Assembly: GCA_001510385.1 (NCBI GenBank)
Contig: LFFE01000011.1
Coordinates: 94,922-158,921 of the forward strand
Source: Actinobacteria bacterium casp-actino5
Lineage (GTDB): Bacteria > Actinomycetota > Acidimicrobiia > Acidimicrobiales > Ilumatobacteraceae
Reading direction: 5' to 3'
Length of the DNA: 64,000 nt
Shown here piece by piece: positions 1 to 10,499 of the stretch; position 1 is the stretch's first letter; each line of letters starts with the position of its first letter. Under the pieces are notes generated by a model. It made no database searches and had not been told where the DNA came from. It saw only the letters and a list, made by a program, of their open reading frames with translations. The translations under genes and the position numbers were made by a program.

Positions 1-162
1 CCTTGCTGGGATCGTGAGCTCCGCAATTGAGCCGATCCAGACATTGGACTATGCCGATGGGGGATCAACCGACATCGTTGACGATTAAGTCAACTGACTT
101 GCCACCACAACTCCGGCAACGTTGACATCAATCATCGTCCGCTCCTCAGTAGCGTTGAAATC

Positions 163-972
163 GTGGATCGGCCGATCGGCATTTTTGACTCAGGTTTTGG
201 TGGACTTACTGTGGCCCGCGCCCTCATCGACCTGTTACCGGCCGAAGACTACGTGTACATCGGTGACACCGGTCGGTATCCATATGGGTCGAAACCACTC
301 GAGGATGTTCGCGAATACGCGAGCGAACTTGCCCATTCGTTAGTTGAAGATTTCAACGTAAAGGCAATTGTCGTTGCGTGTAACACCGCAACCGCTGCCG
401 GGCTTGACCACCTTCGGTCCGAACTTCCGATACCCATTTTCGATGTCGTTGGGCCCGGTGCGTCAGCGGTTGTGCAGGCCTCGCGCTCAGGCCGCGTCGG
501 CGTGATTGGAACTGTCGGCACGATTTCTTCTGGTGCTTATGTGCACGCTGTGGAGGCAGTTGCTGCCCGAACCAACATCTCAGCGGAACTCTCGAGTGCA
601 GCCTGTCCGGGTTTTGTCGAGTTTGTCGAGCGTGGGCAATTGAGTGGAGACGAGGTGATGGTGCTTGCTGAACGGTTGCTTGCGCCCCTCGCTGGCGCGA
701 AGATCGACACGCTGTTGCTCGGATGCACTCACTATCCATTCCTTGCAAGGACAATCGGCGAGGTGATGGGTCCAGATGTGGTGCTCGTGTCCTCAGCCGA
801 TGAGACAGCGTTTGCAGTTCGTGATCGTCTTGCAGAAATGAATCTTCTCCGCTTGCGTCACGATCGTGGCAATCGTCGATTCCTTTCAAGCGGAGATGTC
901 GATGCTTTTCGAGAACTTGGAGCGGCTCTGTTTGGCTCCGACCTTGTCGCAGCCGAACGCTGGGAGCGTTGA
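163..972 (+). CDS. murI: glutamate racemase
   Basis: Full-length ORF. It has the Asp/Glu racemase motifs IGIFDSGFGGLTV, VVACNTA and LGCTHYP (the two catalytic Cys). GTG start. Confidence 0.9.
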   Translation: MDRPIGIFDSGFGGLTVARALIDLLPAEDYVYIGDTGRYPYGSKPLEDVREYASELAHSLVEDFNVKAIVVACNTATAAGLDHLRSELPIPIFDVVGPGASAVVQASRSGRVGVIGTVGTISSGAYVHAVEAVAARTNISAELSSAACPGFVEFVERGQLSGDEVMVLAERLLAPLAGAKIDTLLLGCTHYPFLARTIGEVMGPDVVLVSSADETAFAVRDRLAEMNLLRLRHDRGNRRFLSSGDVDAFRELGAALFGSDLVAAERWER

Positions 973-1016
973 GCGCCTAGCCTGACAGTGCACGAACATT
1001 CGAGAGGAAGAACACG

Positions 1017-1772
1017 ATGCCGCGACCTGATGGCCGAAACCCAGATGAATTGCGCCCAATCACATTTGAGCGTGATTTCACAGAAATGGCTGATGGCTCG
1101 TGCCTTGTGACTGTTGGACGCACCAAGGTGTTGTGCACAGCCTCAATTGATGAAGACGTGCCGCGTTGGATGAAGGGTCGAGGGACAGGCTGGGTGACGG
1201 CCGAGTACTCGATGCTTCCTGGTTCATCCCCCGAACGCGTCGATCGTGAGGCTGCCAAAGGAAAGCAGTCGGGACGAACGGTTGAAATTCAGCGACTGAT
1301 CGCTCGAGCATTGCGCGCTGCATGCGATATGACACTTCTTGGCGAGCGTCAGGTTGTTGTTGACTGTGATGTCATCCAAGCCGACGGCGGTACTCGAACA
1401 GCCTCCATCTGTGGCGGGTATATCGCACTCCATGATGCGTTGACCCGACGGATGCAACAAGGGCTGATTTCTTCCCACCCGCTGCATTCGACATGTTCTG
1501 CAATTTCCGTTGGGATTGTCGATGGTGTGCCCGTCCTCGACCTCCCTTACGTTGAAGATTCTCGGGCTGAAGTCGATATGAACGTCGTGATGCTGCGACC
1601 AGCCGGAGTGGGGGGCCAGGCCCGCTTTGTCGAGGTGCAAGGGACAGCTGAGGGAATGGCCTTCACCCGCAACGAACTTGATTCGATGCTCGTGCTCGCT
1701 GAGTCTGGACTTGGAGCGATTGCAGACCTGCAGGACGAACTCATTTCGTCGCCCCCAACACCGCGTTCATGA
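1017..1772 (+). CDS. rph: ribonuclease PH
   Basis: Colinear with the RNase PH family: [40 protein letters not shown]. The murI-rph-rdgB order is conserved in actinobacteria. Confidence 0.93.
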   Translation: MPRPDGRNPDELRPITFERDFTEMADGSCLVTVGRTKVLCTASIDEDVPRWMKGRGTGWVTAEYSMLPGSSPERVDREAAKGKQSGRTVEIQRLIARALRAACDMTLLGERQVVVDCDVIQADGGTRTASICGGYIALHDALTRRMQQGLISSHPLHSTCSAISVGIVDGVPVLDLPYVEDSRAEVDMNVVMLRPAGVGGQARFVEVQGTAEGMAFTRNELDSMLVLAESGLGAIADLQDELISSPPTPRS

Positions 1773-2368
1773 CGACACCGCAATTGCGCCTCGTTTGTGC
1801 GTCAGCGAATCCTGACAAGGTCGCTGAGATCGAGGAGCTGCTCGTCGGCATTGCTGAATTGGAGCCAAGGCCAGCTTTCATGGGCGAGGTCGTTGAAGAT
1901 GCCGACTCACTCGTTGGTAATGCCCGATTGAAGGCACAAGCCGTCCGTGCAGCGAGCGGTCAGGCAGCTGTGGCGGATGACACCGGGCTTGAAGTTGATG
2001 CGCTTGGTGGAGCGCCAGGAATCTACGCCGCTCGATTCGCCGGAGATGACGCGACCTATGCGGATAACCGCCGGAAACTACTCGCTGATCTTGAGGGGGT
2101 TCGATCAAACGAACGCACAGCGCGTTTTCGAACTGTGGTGATCGTTGCCTGGGCTGATGGCAGTGAGCTTGTTGTCGAAGGTGTATGCGAGGGACGTATC
2201 GCTGATCAAGAGATTGGTGATGCAGGCTTTGGTTATGACTCGATCTTCATTCCTGTTGATGGAGGTGGGCGTTCGTTTGCTGAGATGCCCGCTGAAGAAA
2301 AGAACAACATCTCGCATCGCGGACGAGCGTTTGCGTCACTTGCTGAGGCCCTCCGGCGCCGCTCATAG
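1769..2368 (+). CDS. rdgB: non-canonical purine NTP pyrophosphatase (RdgB/HAM1 family)
   Basis: HAM1 motifs [28 protein letters not shown] and [10 protein letters not shown]. 4-nt ATGA overlap with the rph stop. Confidence 0.9.
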   Translation: MTTPQLRLVCASANPDKVAEIEELLVGIAELEPRPAFMGEVVEDADSLVGNARLKAQAVRAASGQAAVADDTGLEVDALGGAPGIYAARFAGDDATYADNRRKLLADLEGVRSNERTARFRTVVIVAWADGSELVVEGVCEGRIADQEIGDAGFGYDSIFIPVDGGGRSFAEMPAEEKNNISHRGRAFASLAEALRRRS

Positions 2369-2385
2369 GGGGTCGATTCCGACCG

Positions 2386-3414
2386 TTACCAATGCCGTAA
2401 ATCGATTGGCCACCGGTCAACGACCTCGCCATCTTCCACAATCCAGAGTTCTTCATGTCGTGCAATCGTTGGATCGATATGGGCGGGCCGTATATGAACT
2501 CGTTCGCCAAGTGTGAACGTTCGAGTATGGCTACTGAAGGTGGTGTGCTCGTCGGAGCAAAACCACACTTTGCAGTCGCCGATTAACGGGTCGCCATGAT
2601 CCATTCCAAGAGCTTTTAGGCCAACATCGGTGACATATCGGTTCTCATGATGTGCAATAACGGTCCCCACAATCGTGAGAGCCTGCTCAAACCCCTGGTG
2701 AAGCGATGCGTATTGAGTATCGACCATGACGTACGATCCTGCTTGCACATCAGTAACACCCGTCGGGTGTTCGAGTCCGATTTGGTGAAGGTCGTGAGTT
2801 CCAGTTCCGCCTGTCGAAACAATCTCACCACCGACATCGTCGTGAGCGGCTCGCAACATTGCCATCGCAGCGGCAACACGTTCTTGAGCCTCTTTGCGGT
2901 CTGACACCATCTGTAGGTGACCCTCGTAACCCATCACTCCTGAAACGGTGAGTCCTCGTTGACGAGCGGTCTCAGCGAGTTGGCCAGCATGAACTGGTGC
3001 TACGCCACATCGAGGCATTCCAACATCGACATCGATGATGACATCGCGAATACCTGCACGTTGAGCGGCTTCGATGGTCTCAGAAGAATCAACAGCGACG
3101 CGAGCAATGACGTCGGCAGAGTTGGCTGCCTGAGCGACCCGAGTGAGTCGGTCAACATCGAGAACCGCGTTTGCGAGAAGAAGGTCTGTTCCGACGCCAG
3201 CTTCAATCATGCCGACGACTTCACGTGGCGTAGCACAGGTGAACGCGTGGTGGCCAAGATCGGCTTGCCGAGCCGCGAGAGCGGTGCACTTGTGTGCCTT
3301 CACATGTGGCCGCAGCGATAGGCCAGGAAGTCGTTGTGCCATCGTGTGAAGGTTCCGAGTCAACGCCGCTGCATCGACGACCGCTGCCGGAGTTGGAATC
3401 TCACCGATGTTCAT
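2386..3414 (-). CDS. D-threonine aldolase / D-serine deaminase-like fold-type III PLP enzyme (alanine racemase N-terminal domain family)
   Basis: PHVKAHKC PLP-lysine motif and the overall DSD1/D-TA family pattern. I trimmed the start to the internal ATG at 3414 (MNIGEIPTPAAVVD), so it no longer overlaps the divergent thiolase gene. Confidence 0.72.
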   Translation of the reverse strand: MNIGEIPTPAAVVDAAALTRNLHTMAQRLPGLSLRPHVKAHKCTALAARQADLGHHAFTCATPREVVGMIEAGVGTDLLLANAVLDVDRLTRVAQAANSADVIARVAVDSSETIEAAQRAGIRDVIIDVDVGMPRCGVAPVHAGQLAETARQRGLTVSGVMGYEGHLQMVSDRKEAQERVAAAMAMLRAAHDDVGGEIVSTGGTGTHDLHQIGLEHPTGVTDVQAGSYVMVDTQYASLHQGFEQALTIVGTVIAHHENRYVTDVGLKALGMDHGDPLIGDCKVWFCSDEHTTFSSHTRTFTLGERVHIRPAHIDPTIARHEELWIVEDGEVVDRWPIDLRHW

Positions 3415-3485
3415 TCTGAGAGCCTGCCATGTTGTGGTGTTGTCGGATGATGTCGGGAGATGGTTGCCGATGTACCGTGAGTCGT

Positions 3486-4634
3486 ATGACTGAAGCATTT
3501 ATCGTTGACGCAGTTCGTTCACCAGTTGGTCGCCGCGGTGGCGCACTGTCCACCGTTCACCCAGCCGATCTTGGTGCTCATTCCATCAAGCATCTCATCG
3601 AACGCTCCGGAGTTGACCCTGAAGCTGTTGATGACGTTGTCTTTGGCAATGTGAACTCCATCTGGGAACAGTCAGGGTGTATTGCCCGGACCTCATGGCT
3701 CACCGCTGGACTTCCATTGCATGTTCCCGGTGTGACGATTGACCGCCAGTGTGGATCGGCCCAGCAGGCTGTGCAGTTCGCAGCTCAAGCAGTGATGTCG
3801 GGGACGATGGACATCGTTGTCGCCGGCGGCGTTGAAAATATGTCGATGGTTCCCATTACTGCCGGTGCCCAAGCCGGAAAAGACGATCCAGAGTTCGATC
3901 CATTCACTGGAGCAGAAGGATGGAACTCACGTTTCGGTGGCACCGAAGTGAGTCAATTCCACGGCGCAGAACTCATGGCTGAGCATTGGAATATCACTCG
4001 TGAAGAGATGGAAGCGTTTGCGGTTGAATCTCATGAGCGAGCGATTCGCGCCCGCGCCGAGGGTCGATTCGACAATGAAATTGTTCCTCTCAATGGTCTC
4101 GATTACGACGAAGGCCCGCGCGAACCAAACATTGAGAAGATGCAGTCACTCGCAACGCTGCGTGAAGGTGGCCGCATTACCGCCGCAGTCGCAAGCCAGA
4201 TTTCTGACGGTTCGGCGGCGTTGCTCGTTGCAAGCGAAGAAGCAGTGAAACGTCATGGTCTGAAGCCTCGTGCACGTATTCATCACATGACGGTGCTTGC
4301 CGATGATCCGATCATGATGCTGTCGGCACCGATCCCGGCAACGCGTCGTGCGCTCGAGCGCACCGGATTGAGCATCGATGACATCGATGCAGTTGAGATC
4401 AACGAGGCATTCGCACCTGTTCCGATGGCGTGGTTGAAAGAAATTGGCGCTGATCCCGCGAAAGTTAACCCAAGTGGCGGTGCTATCGCTCTGGGACATC
4501 CGCTTGGCGCAACCGGCGCTCGACTCATGGTGACGCTGCTCAACGAACTTGAGCGCACCAATGGCCGCTACGGACTGCAGACGATGTGTGAGGGCGGCGG
4601 ACAGGCCAATGTCACCATCATTGAGCGTCTCTGA
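3486..4634 (+). CDS. acetyl-CoA C-acetyltransferase (thiolase)
   Basis: N-terminus MTEAFIVDAVRSPVGRRGG, active-site DRQCGSAQQA, and C-terminal GHPLGATGARL and MCEGGGQANV. Start set at the ATG at 3486 rather than the ORF-track maximum at 3429. Confidence 0.9.
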   Translation: MTEAFIVDAVRSPVGRRGGALSTVHPADLGAHSIKHLIERSGVDPEAVDDVVFGNVNSIWEQSGCIARTSWLTAGLPLHVPGVTIDRQCGSAQQAVQFAAQAVMSGTMDIVVAGGVENMSMVPITAGAQAGKDDPEFDPFTGAEGWNSRFGGTEVSQFHGAELMAEHWNITREEMEAFAVESHERAIRARAEGRFDNEIVPLNGLDYDEGPREPNIEKMQSLATLREGGRITAAVASQISDGSAALLVASEEAVKRHGLKPRARIHHMTVLADDPIMMLSAPIPATRRALERTGLSIDDIDAVEINEAFAPVPMAWLKEIGADPAKVNPSGGAIALGHPLGATGARLMVTLLNELERTNGRYGLQTMCEGGGQANVTIIERL

Positions 4635-4656
4635 TCAGAGCCAATCTCTAGAAATT

Positions 4657-4690
4657 GAAAAGGTGGTGGCCATTGGCCACCACCTTTTTC
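4657..4690. terminator. bidirectional rho-independent terminator between the thiolase gene and tRNA-Leu
   Basis: Perfect hairpin gaaaaGGTGGTGGCC-attg-GGCCACCACCtttttc. It has an A-run on one side and a T-run on the other. It lies 23 nt after the thiolase stop and directly after the tRNA 3' end on the opposite strand. Confidence 0.65.
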
Positions 4691-4691
4691 G

Positions 4692-4772
<81 letters not shown>

Positions 4773-4809
4773 TGCGGGTCACAGCGTACTGAGAGTTGTC
4801 AGTATTGGG

Positions 4810-5949
4810 TCAGCCGTCGCCGCCGCCGCTGCCGTCCTCGCCGAGAACGAGCGCAAGATCAGCTGAGATACGGCCGGTGACCTCAAGACCTTGGCTTTGT
4901 TGGTAACGCATGATCGTCCGCATTGTCCCGGGGCCGAAGAATCCGTCTGCATCAATGTTGTATCCGGCGGCGGCGAGTGCGTCCTGGACGGCTGAGATCG
5001 TGGCACCTTCAGTGCACGGTGTGAGCGGATAGCCGGCTTCAATTTCAGAAAGGTAGCCGCTGCACCAATCCGCGCCACTCACTGCGGGTTCAATCATTTG
5101 GAACTCTGGGTTCCAGCGGATTGACATTGAGCCATTTCGCTCACATGGCAACGGGTCCTCGTCGAAGAGCGACTGCGGAACCATTGTCATTGATCCGGCG
5201 CCGGTGACTTCTTCCGCAGACCGATTCACACCGCAAAGGGTGATGATCGGACGGTCCCACCAACGGCAGTTTGAGTCGAGTTTCTTTGTCGTCACGTAGT
5301 TCCCATCACTTGTGCTTTCAGCGCGAACGAGCAATGGTTCGTCGTACCCATCGACGTTGATGAATGAGATACTTGCGAATGCTGCGGCAGCAATGCCATT
5401 TTGTGTTGCGCTTTCATAGCTGATGTGGTCGGTGCGAACCCATTCGCCGTCAACCCAGTTGAACATTGCCGCTTCTGGAATACGTGAGTCTTCGGAGTCG
5501 GCAAGGGGACCCCACTGTTCCGGGCCGATGAGAATTCCAGCACGCACTCCGCACCGTTCGGTGACGATTGGTCCATAGAGACGTGAACTGGCGTATTGCG
5601 ATTGGAGATCATCTCGAGCAGCAGCAATTTCGGGATCTAGTTCAGGTTCGGCGGGCACTGTTGATTCAACCGTTGTGGTCGTCGACTCCGCATCTTGTTC
5701 GGGAGCGGTTGTCTCAGGCGTCGAGCTCTCGGTTGTATCGGTATCACCAGAACCGATGTCGCTCGGGGCTGACGTTTGTTCTGGAGCTGACGATTCTGTG
5801 CTGACAATGGTTGTTTCAGGGGTTCCCAGAGTCGCCGTAGGCTCGTCGGTGAGCGAGATCGATGATGAACACGCTGTGGTCAAAGTTGCCAGCGATACGA
5901 GAGCGATGAGAGGGGCTTTCGAAGTCATGGACTCCATTGTTGCCCACAT
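4810..5949 (-). CDS. secreted lipoprotein with C-terminal peptidoglycan-binding (PG_binding_1) domain
   Basis: Signal peptide plus lipobox (LVSLATLTTAC|SSS). An acidic Thr/Ser/Glu/Pro-rich linker follows. The C-terminal motif VQDALAAAGYNIDADGFFGPGTMRTIMRYQQSQGLEVTGRI matches PG_binding_1. Start is ambiguous (ATGs at 5949, 5937 and 5928). Confidence 0.7.
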   Translation of the reverse strand: MWATMESMTSKAPLIALVSLATLTTACSSSISLTDEPTATLGTPETTIVSTESSAPEQTSAPSDIGSGDTDTTESSTPETTAPEQDAESTTTTVESTVPAEPELDPEIAAARDDLQSQYASSRLYGPIVTERCGVRAGILIGPEQWGPLADSEDSRIPEAAMFNWVDGEWVRTDHISYESATQNGIAAAAFASISFINVDGYDEPLLVRAESTSDGNYVTTKKLDSNCRWWDRPIITLCGVNRSAEEVTGAGSMTMVPQSLFDEDPLPCERNGSMSIRWNPEFQMIEPAVSGADWCSGYLSEIEAGYPLTPCTEGATISAVQDALAAAGYNIDADGFFGPGTMRTIMRYQQSQGLEVTGRISADLALVLGEDGSGGGDG

Positions 5950-6008
5950 CGATACGCAAATGTCATCGCATTTAGAGGCGCACCCGCGTCTGCTTCTCGC
6001 AAGAGCGA

Positions 6009-7031
6009 CTAGTAGCGCTCACGAAGTCGAGGTAATACTCCGTTGGCAAACCGCTCGAAGCTGTCATTCATCTGCTCGGGATGGAAGCCGGGCGGGCATC
6101 CCCAAGTCACTACGTCTGTGATGCCATGGGCGTCAATAAATTCGCACATGTCGTTGAATACTTTGTCTTCATCACCAACGACCCAGGTCTGTGGAATGGG
6201 GTCTGCTCCACCGGTGAGTTGGAGTGTCACATTGTCGCCAGAGTCTGTAAGCCAGTCGGCATAGATCCCAGCTTTGTAGCGCTCAGCAGCGCGAATCGGT
6301 GGCCAGTCTCGGTCGCGATCATCGGTGACAAGCCAAGGGCGAATGATGCCGACACGGCGACTGAGAGGATCAACTCCAGCCGACCGTGTTGCTTCTCGCC
6401 ACGGCTCGAGCACCTGATCAGCCGCGCCTTGGGGCAAGAGATTGAGGCCGAGTCGAGCAGCGCGTTCAGCCCCTGGTTTTCCCATTGCGGCCATCCAAAT
6501 TGGAGGGCCTCCCTGTTGGACAGGCGTGGGTGTTACCCGAACATCGTTGTAGGTGAACCGTTTTCCACTGTATGAGAATCGCTCGCCGGTGAATGCGCGT
6601 TTCAGCACCTCCACGCCCTCTTCGGTGCGTGATACTCGTTGGGGCCGAGGAATGTTGAATCCGTGAAATTCATGTACGGCGTATCCCATTCCGACACCAA
6701 TTTCCATGCGTCCATGAGAGATGTTGTCGAGTACGGCAAGGTCTTCGGCGAGTCGTAACGGCTCTTGGAACGGCATCAACGTGATGTCTGATGAGATTCG
6801 AATATGTCGTGTTCGACCGGCAACTGCTCCTGCGACTGGAATCCACGATGGTAGGTATCCGTCGTCAACAAAGTGATGCTCGGTGAACCAGACGAGGTCA
6901 TATCCAAGTTCATCAAGCCACGAGATCTGGTCAAGGACGGCTCCGTAGAGTTGTGGCCACGTGAGAGGGGAGCCGGGCGGGTTTCTGAAGTCGTAGCAGG
7001 CTCCAACCCGAAGATGCGGTCGAGTACTCAT
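6009..7031 (-). CDS. LLM-class (luciferase-like) flavin/F420-dependent oxidoreductase
   Basis: Luciferase-like monooxygenase pattern: GYDLVWFTEHHF, LAEDLAVLDNISHGRMEIGVGMGY. Start trimmed to the ATG at 7031 (MSTRPHLRVG). Confidence 0.8.
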   Translation of the reverse strand: MSTRPHLRVGACYDFRNPPGSPLTWPQLYGAVLDQISWLDELGYDLVWFTEHHFVDDGYLPSWIPVAGAVAGRTRHIRISSDITLMPFQEPLRLAEDLAVLDNISHGRMEIGVGMGYAVHEFHGFNIPRPQRVSRTEEGVEVLKRAFTGERFSYSGKRFTYNDVRVTPTPVQQGGPPIWMAAMGKPGAERAARLGLNLLPQGAADQVLEPWREATRSAGVDPLSRRVGIIRPWLVTDDRDRDWPPIRAAERYKAGIYADWLTDSGDNVTLQLTGGADPIPQTWVVGDEDKVFNDMCEFIDAHGITDVVTWGCPPGFHPEQMNDSFERFANGVLPRLRERY

Positions 7032-7074
7032 GTGCCAACCGTAGAGCATTTGTTCTCGCTGAAATCACTGTGAG

Positions 7075-8631
7075 GTGACGGGTGGGCGTGATCGGTGCCA
7101 GACTGTGGGGGTGACGGTTGCATCTACTGACATCACCAACGCCCTGGAGAATCAATTCGGGCTCGCTGACCGACTGGTCGACGAACAGGCACTCGAAAAT
7201 TCCGTGCGTCGTTTTGCTGAACGCGGCATTGTTCTGCCGACATTTGCCCAGCTTGCTGAGCCATCAACGATCGACAGCAACCTTGTCGGAGATGCCGACC
7301 CTCAAGGTGCGGATGCTCGCAACCTTTGGCGCGTGCACTGGTACAACGATCTTGCGGGGAACCGTGTGGCTGTTCCAGATCACATTGTGTTACCCAAGGA
7401 ACTGACCGGTGTTGCGAGCCCAATCATTGTGGTGTTCGGAGATCGTTTCCCGATGATTACTGCTCACAAGGTGCTTGCCGCGTACTCGTGTTTGGCTCCC
7501 CGCGTCGTGACAGGACAGTTTGATCCGACTCGCCACCGGGCGGTGTGGCCGTCAACTGGAAACTACGCCCGTGGGGGAATTGCCATCAGCCGCATCATGG
7601 CAAGTCGCGGTGTTGCCATTCTTCCCGAGGGGATGAGCCAGGAACGTTTTGATTGGCTTGATCGTTGGTGCGAAAACCCTGCCGACGACGTCATTCGTAC
7701 CCACGGTACTGAATCGAATGTGAAAGAGATTTATGACGCATGTAATGAACTTGCGCTGAATCCAGAAAATTTTGTTCTTAACCAGTTCTCAGAATTTGGA
7801 AATCATCTTGGCCACTACACCGTGACCGGTCGAGCGCTGGCTCACGTGTTTGAACACGTTCGAAGTGGCAGCGGTCGAGACCTCAACCTGGCTGCGTTTA
7901 CCTCGGCGACAGGCTCAGCAGGAACGATTGCTGCCGGTGACCGCTTAAAGGATGAATACGGTACGAAGGTCGTGGCGGTCGAGGCATTGGAATGTCCGAC
8001 GATGCTCGAGAATGGTTACGGCGAACACAACATCCAAGGAATTGGTGACAAGCACATCCCGCTCATCCATAACGTGATGAACACCGATGTTGTCGTTGCG
8101 ATCAGCGACCGCTCAACAGATGAACTTGATGTCTTGTTCAATACCGAGGCTGGTCAGCGGCTGCTGGCCGATCGTCTTGGGTTAGATGCGGCGACGATCG
8201 AGGCGCTTTCACATTTCGGTTTTTCGGCGATTTGCAACACCTTGGCCGCGATTAAGACAGCGCGGTTGCTCGATCTCGGTGAGGACGATGCGATTATCAC
8301 GGTGGCAACCGACGGTGGAGCGCTGTATCCAAGCGAGCGAGCCAAAACCCTTGCAACGACATTTGGTGGCGAAGTCTCGGAGGCTGACGCGGCAGCAATT
8401 TTTGGCGAGCATCTCTCGCACGTTTCAACGGAGCACATGATTGAGATGACTGAGGCTGATCGTCGCAGGGTGTTCAATCTCGGCTATTACACCTGGGTTG
8501 AGCAGCAAGGCACGCCCTTTGAGCTATTCGAAGAGCGACGCCACCAGTCGTTTTGGAGAAACCTCCGTCGATATGTCGGAGTCTGGGATTCGATGATCAC
8601 TGAATTCAACGACCGAGTGTCATCTTCCTGA
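7075..8631 (+). CDS. fold-type II (Trp-synthase-beta-like) PLP-dependent enzyme, OrtB-like 'lyase/thiolase' family
   Basis: Candidate PLP-lysine context [13 protein letters not shown]. Gly-rich phosphate loop [11 protein letters not shown], and the length and order of a cysteine-synthase-like fold with long N- and C-terminal extensions. The family call is from memory. Start uncertain (GTG 7075 or GTG 7111). Confidence 0.68.
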   Translation: MTGGRDRCQTVGVTVASTDITNALENQFGLADRLVDEQALENSVRRFAERGIVLPTFAQLAEPSTIDSNLVGDADPQGADARNLWRVHWYNDLAGNRVAVPDHIVLPKELTGVASPIIVVFGDRFPMITAHKVLAAYSCLAPRVVTGQFDPTRHRAVWPSTGNYARGGIAISRIMASRGVAILPEGMSQERFDWLDRWCENPADDVIRTHGTESNVKEIYDACNELALNPENFVLNQFSEFGNHLGHYTVTGRALAHVFEHVRSGSGRDLNLAAFTSATGSAGTIAAGDRLKDEYGTKVVAVEALECPTMLENGYGEHNIQGIGDKHIPLIHNVMNTDVVVAISDRSTDELDVLFNTEAGQRLLADRLGLDAATIEALSHFGFSAICNTLAAIKTARLLDLGEDDAIITVATDGGALYPSERAKTLATTFGGEVSEADAAAIFGEHLSHVSTEHMIEMTEADRRRVFNLGYYTWVEQQGTPFELFEERRHQSFWRNLRRYVGVWDSMITEFNDRVSSS

Positions 8632-8640
8632 CCGACTGAC

Positions 8641-9861
8641 ATGATCGTTGGCCTTCGATGCGTGGTGTGCGGCGAAGAGATTGAGATCTCTCGTCCGTGT
8701 GCTTGGACGTGCCGGCAGGCGACTACAGGCGATCCGTATCACGTGCTCGAATTTATTGATGATCAAGCCGCTCCGGTCATAGAGATAGATGCGGAGGAGC
8801 AAAATCCGTTTGTTCGTTACCGAGAGCGTATGGGTTGGTGGGCATTCGCTCGATCGCATGGAATGTCAGATGCAGATACCGTCGATATCGCTCGATCGGT
8901 AGCCGGCTCGTTCGCCATCACTCCGCTTCAGCGGCATGCACACCTGAGTGAATCGCTCGGTCGTGCGGTGTGGGCAAAGAATGAAACCGCCGGAGTAAGC
9001 GGCTCGCATAAGTCGCGGCACCTCGTTGGCATCATGCTGCACCTCATCGTCGCCGAACAGCTCGGCTTGTTCACCAAGCGGGAGACACTTGCGATTTCAT
9101 CTTGTGGTAACGCTGCCCTAGCAGCTGCTGAGGTGGCGGCGGGCCAGCGGTGGCCACTAGAGGTTTTTGTTCCGACCTGGATGGATGATGCCTTTGGTAG
9201 TGGGTTGGATGAGCACGGGGCGAAGGTCAACAGATGTCCACGGGTCGACGGAGTTGCGGGAGACCCCGCTATGGCGGCGTTTAGAGATGCAGTTCGGGCT
9301 GGTGCCATACCGTTCAGCGTGCAAGGACCCGCGAATGCATGGTGTCTTGATGGTGGTCGAACGATCGGTTGGGAAATCCGAGATCAACTTGATGCCGAGG
9401 TGGTGGAGGCCCAGGCGATGTATGTGCAAGTTGGGGGAGGAGCTCTTGCAAGTTCGCTTGCACATGGTTTGGGTTCGAGTATCCCGCTTGTTGTTGTGCA
9501 GGCCGAGGGTTGCGCGCCGCTTGATCGAGCGTTGCGGGCGGCGTCACAAATTGATACTCCCGAACGACACTGGCGGGAGATCATGACGCCATGGGAGTCA
9601 CCGCAGTCGGTCGCTGACGGAATTCTCGACGACGAGACGTATGACTGGATCAGCATCGCTCGTGCCCTTGAGCGATCAGGCGGTCGATCGGTCGTTGCCT
9701 CAGAATCCAATATCGAAAAGGCTCACGAGATTGTCAATGCTATGGGGCCACCGACATCTGCGACCGGGGCAGCCGGCGTGGCTGGTGCTCTCACTGAGAT
9801 TGACGCAGGACGGCTCGATGATCGACCAATTGTTGTCGTTCTTTCGGGAGCTGCACGCTGA
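8641..9861 (+). CDS. threonine-synthase-like fold-type II PLP-dependent enzyme with N-terminal Cys4 (zinc-ribbon-like) segment
   Basis: CxxC-N9-CxxxC at residues 7-24. PLP-lysine-like motif SGSHKSRH (compare SFKDR in threonine synthase), [12 protein letters not shown], and the Gly loop [11 protein letters not shown]. Lies 9 nt after the preceding PLP gene. Confidence 0.68.
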   Translation: MIVGLRCVVCGEEIEISRPCAWTCRQATTGDPYHVLEFIDDQAAPVIEIDAEEQNPFVRYRERMGWWAFARSHGMSDADTVDIARSVAGSFAITPLQRHAHLSESLGRAVWAKNETAGVSGSHKSRHLVGIMLHLIVAEQLGLFTKRETLAISSCGNAALAAAEVAAGQRWPLEVFVPTWMDDAFGSGLDEHGAKVNRCPRVDGVAGDPAMAAFRDAVRAGAIPFSVQGPANAWCLDGGRTIGWEIRDQLDAEVVEAQAMYVQVGGGALASSLAHGLGSSIPLVVVQAEGCAPLDRALRAASQIDTPERHWREIMTPWESPQSVADGILDDETYDWISIARALERSGGRSVVASESNIEKAHEIVNAMGPPTSATGAAGVAGALTEIDAGRLDDRPIVVVLSGAAR

Positions 9862-9893
9862 GCACGGCGGAAAGGGCGGGTAACCTTAGAGCC

Positions 9894-10496
9894 ATGTCCG
9901 CCGACAATGTGAATCCAAGCCCGGCCGCTCTAGATGGTGGTTTCGATCCCCGAAGCGATGTGTTCAACCGGTTGTTGAAAAATCGGGTGGTGTTGCTTGG
10001 CTCTGACGTCAATGACGACATTGCGAATCAGATTTGCGCCCAGTTGCTCTACCTCGAAGGTGAAGACCCAAATAGCGACATCTGGTTATACATCAACTCG
10101 CCGGGTGGCTCTGTAACTGCCGGCATGGCGATCTATGACACGATGCAGTTCGTGTCGTGTGATGTTGCGACGGTGTGTCTCGGACTCGCCGCCTCAATGG
10201 GACAGTTCCTGCTCACAGCTGGTGCTGCGGGTAAGCGTTACAGTCTTCCCAATGCCCGCATCATGATGCACCAGCCACTCGCTGGCCTTCGTGGCCAGGC
10301 GGCAGATATTGCAATTCAGGCGGAACAACTCGCGTACACCAAATTGCGAATGGCTCAACTCATCTCAGAACATTCGGGCCAACCTCTAGAGCAGATTCAG
10401 AAAGATTCCGAGCGTGACCGCTGGTTCACCGCAGAACAGGCCAAGGAATACGGTCTCTGCGACAGTGTGATCTTGCGTCGCGGCGAAATTGTCTGA
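9894..10496 (+). CDS. clpP: ATP-dependent Clp protease proteolytic subunit
   Basis: Full ClpP pattern with the catalytic Ser (GLAASMG), His (IMMHQP) and Asp (SERDRWF). There is no clpX, tig or second clpP next to it. Confidence 0.9.
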   Translation: MSADNVNPSPAALDGGFDPRSDVFNRLLKNRVVLLGSDVNDDIANQICAQLLYLEGEDPNSDIWLYINSPGGSVTAGMAIYDTMQFVSCDVATVCLGLAASMGQFLLTAGAAGKRYSLPNARIMMHQPLAGLRGQAADIAIQAEQLAYTKLRMAQLISEHSGQPLEQIQKDSERDRWFTAEQAKEYGLCDSVILRRGEIV

Positions 10497-10499
10497 CAG

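Noticed and set aside
2-88. An open frame running in from the left edge and ending at TAA 86-88 (…LAGIVSSAIEPIQTLDYADGGSTDIVDD*), possibly the 3' end of an upstream gene.
   Set aside because: Only 28 codons are visible and no motif is recognisable. That is too little evidence to call a CDS.
3429-3485. ORF-track N-terminal extensions: thiolase 3429, comM 10965, frr 18653, gatC 29966, gatB 31619, aspartate aminotransferase 47425, thioesterase 26984, arylsulfatase 43862, cupin 53632, LytM 15293.
   Set aside because: - In each case the extension overlaps the neighbouring gene or divergent promoter region and is Arg/Cys/Trp-rich.
- The family-conserved N-terminus begins at an internal ATG or GTG, which I used instead.
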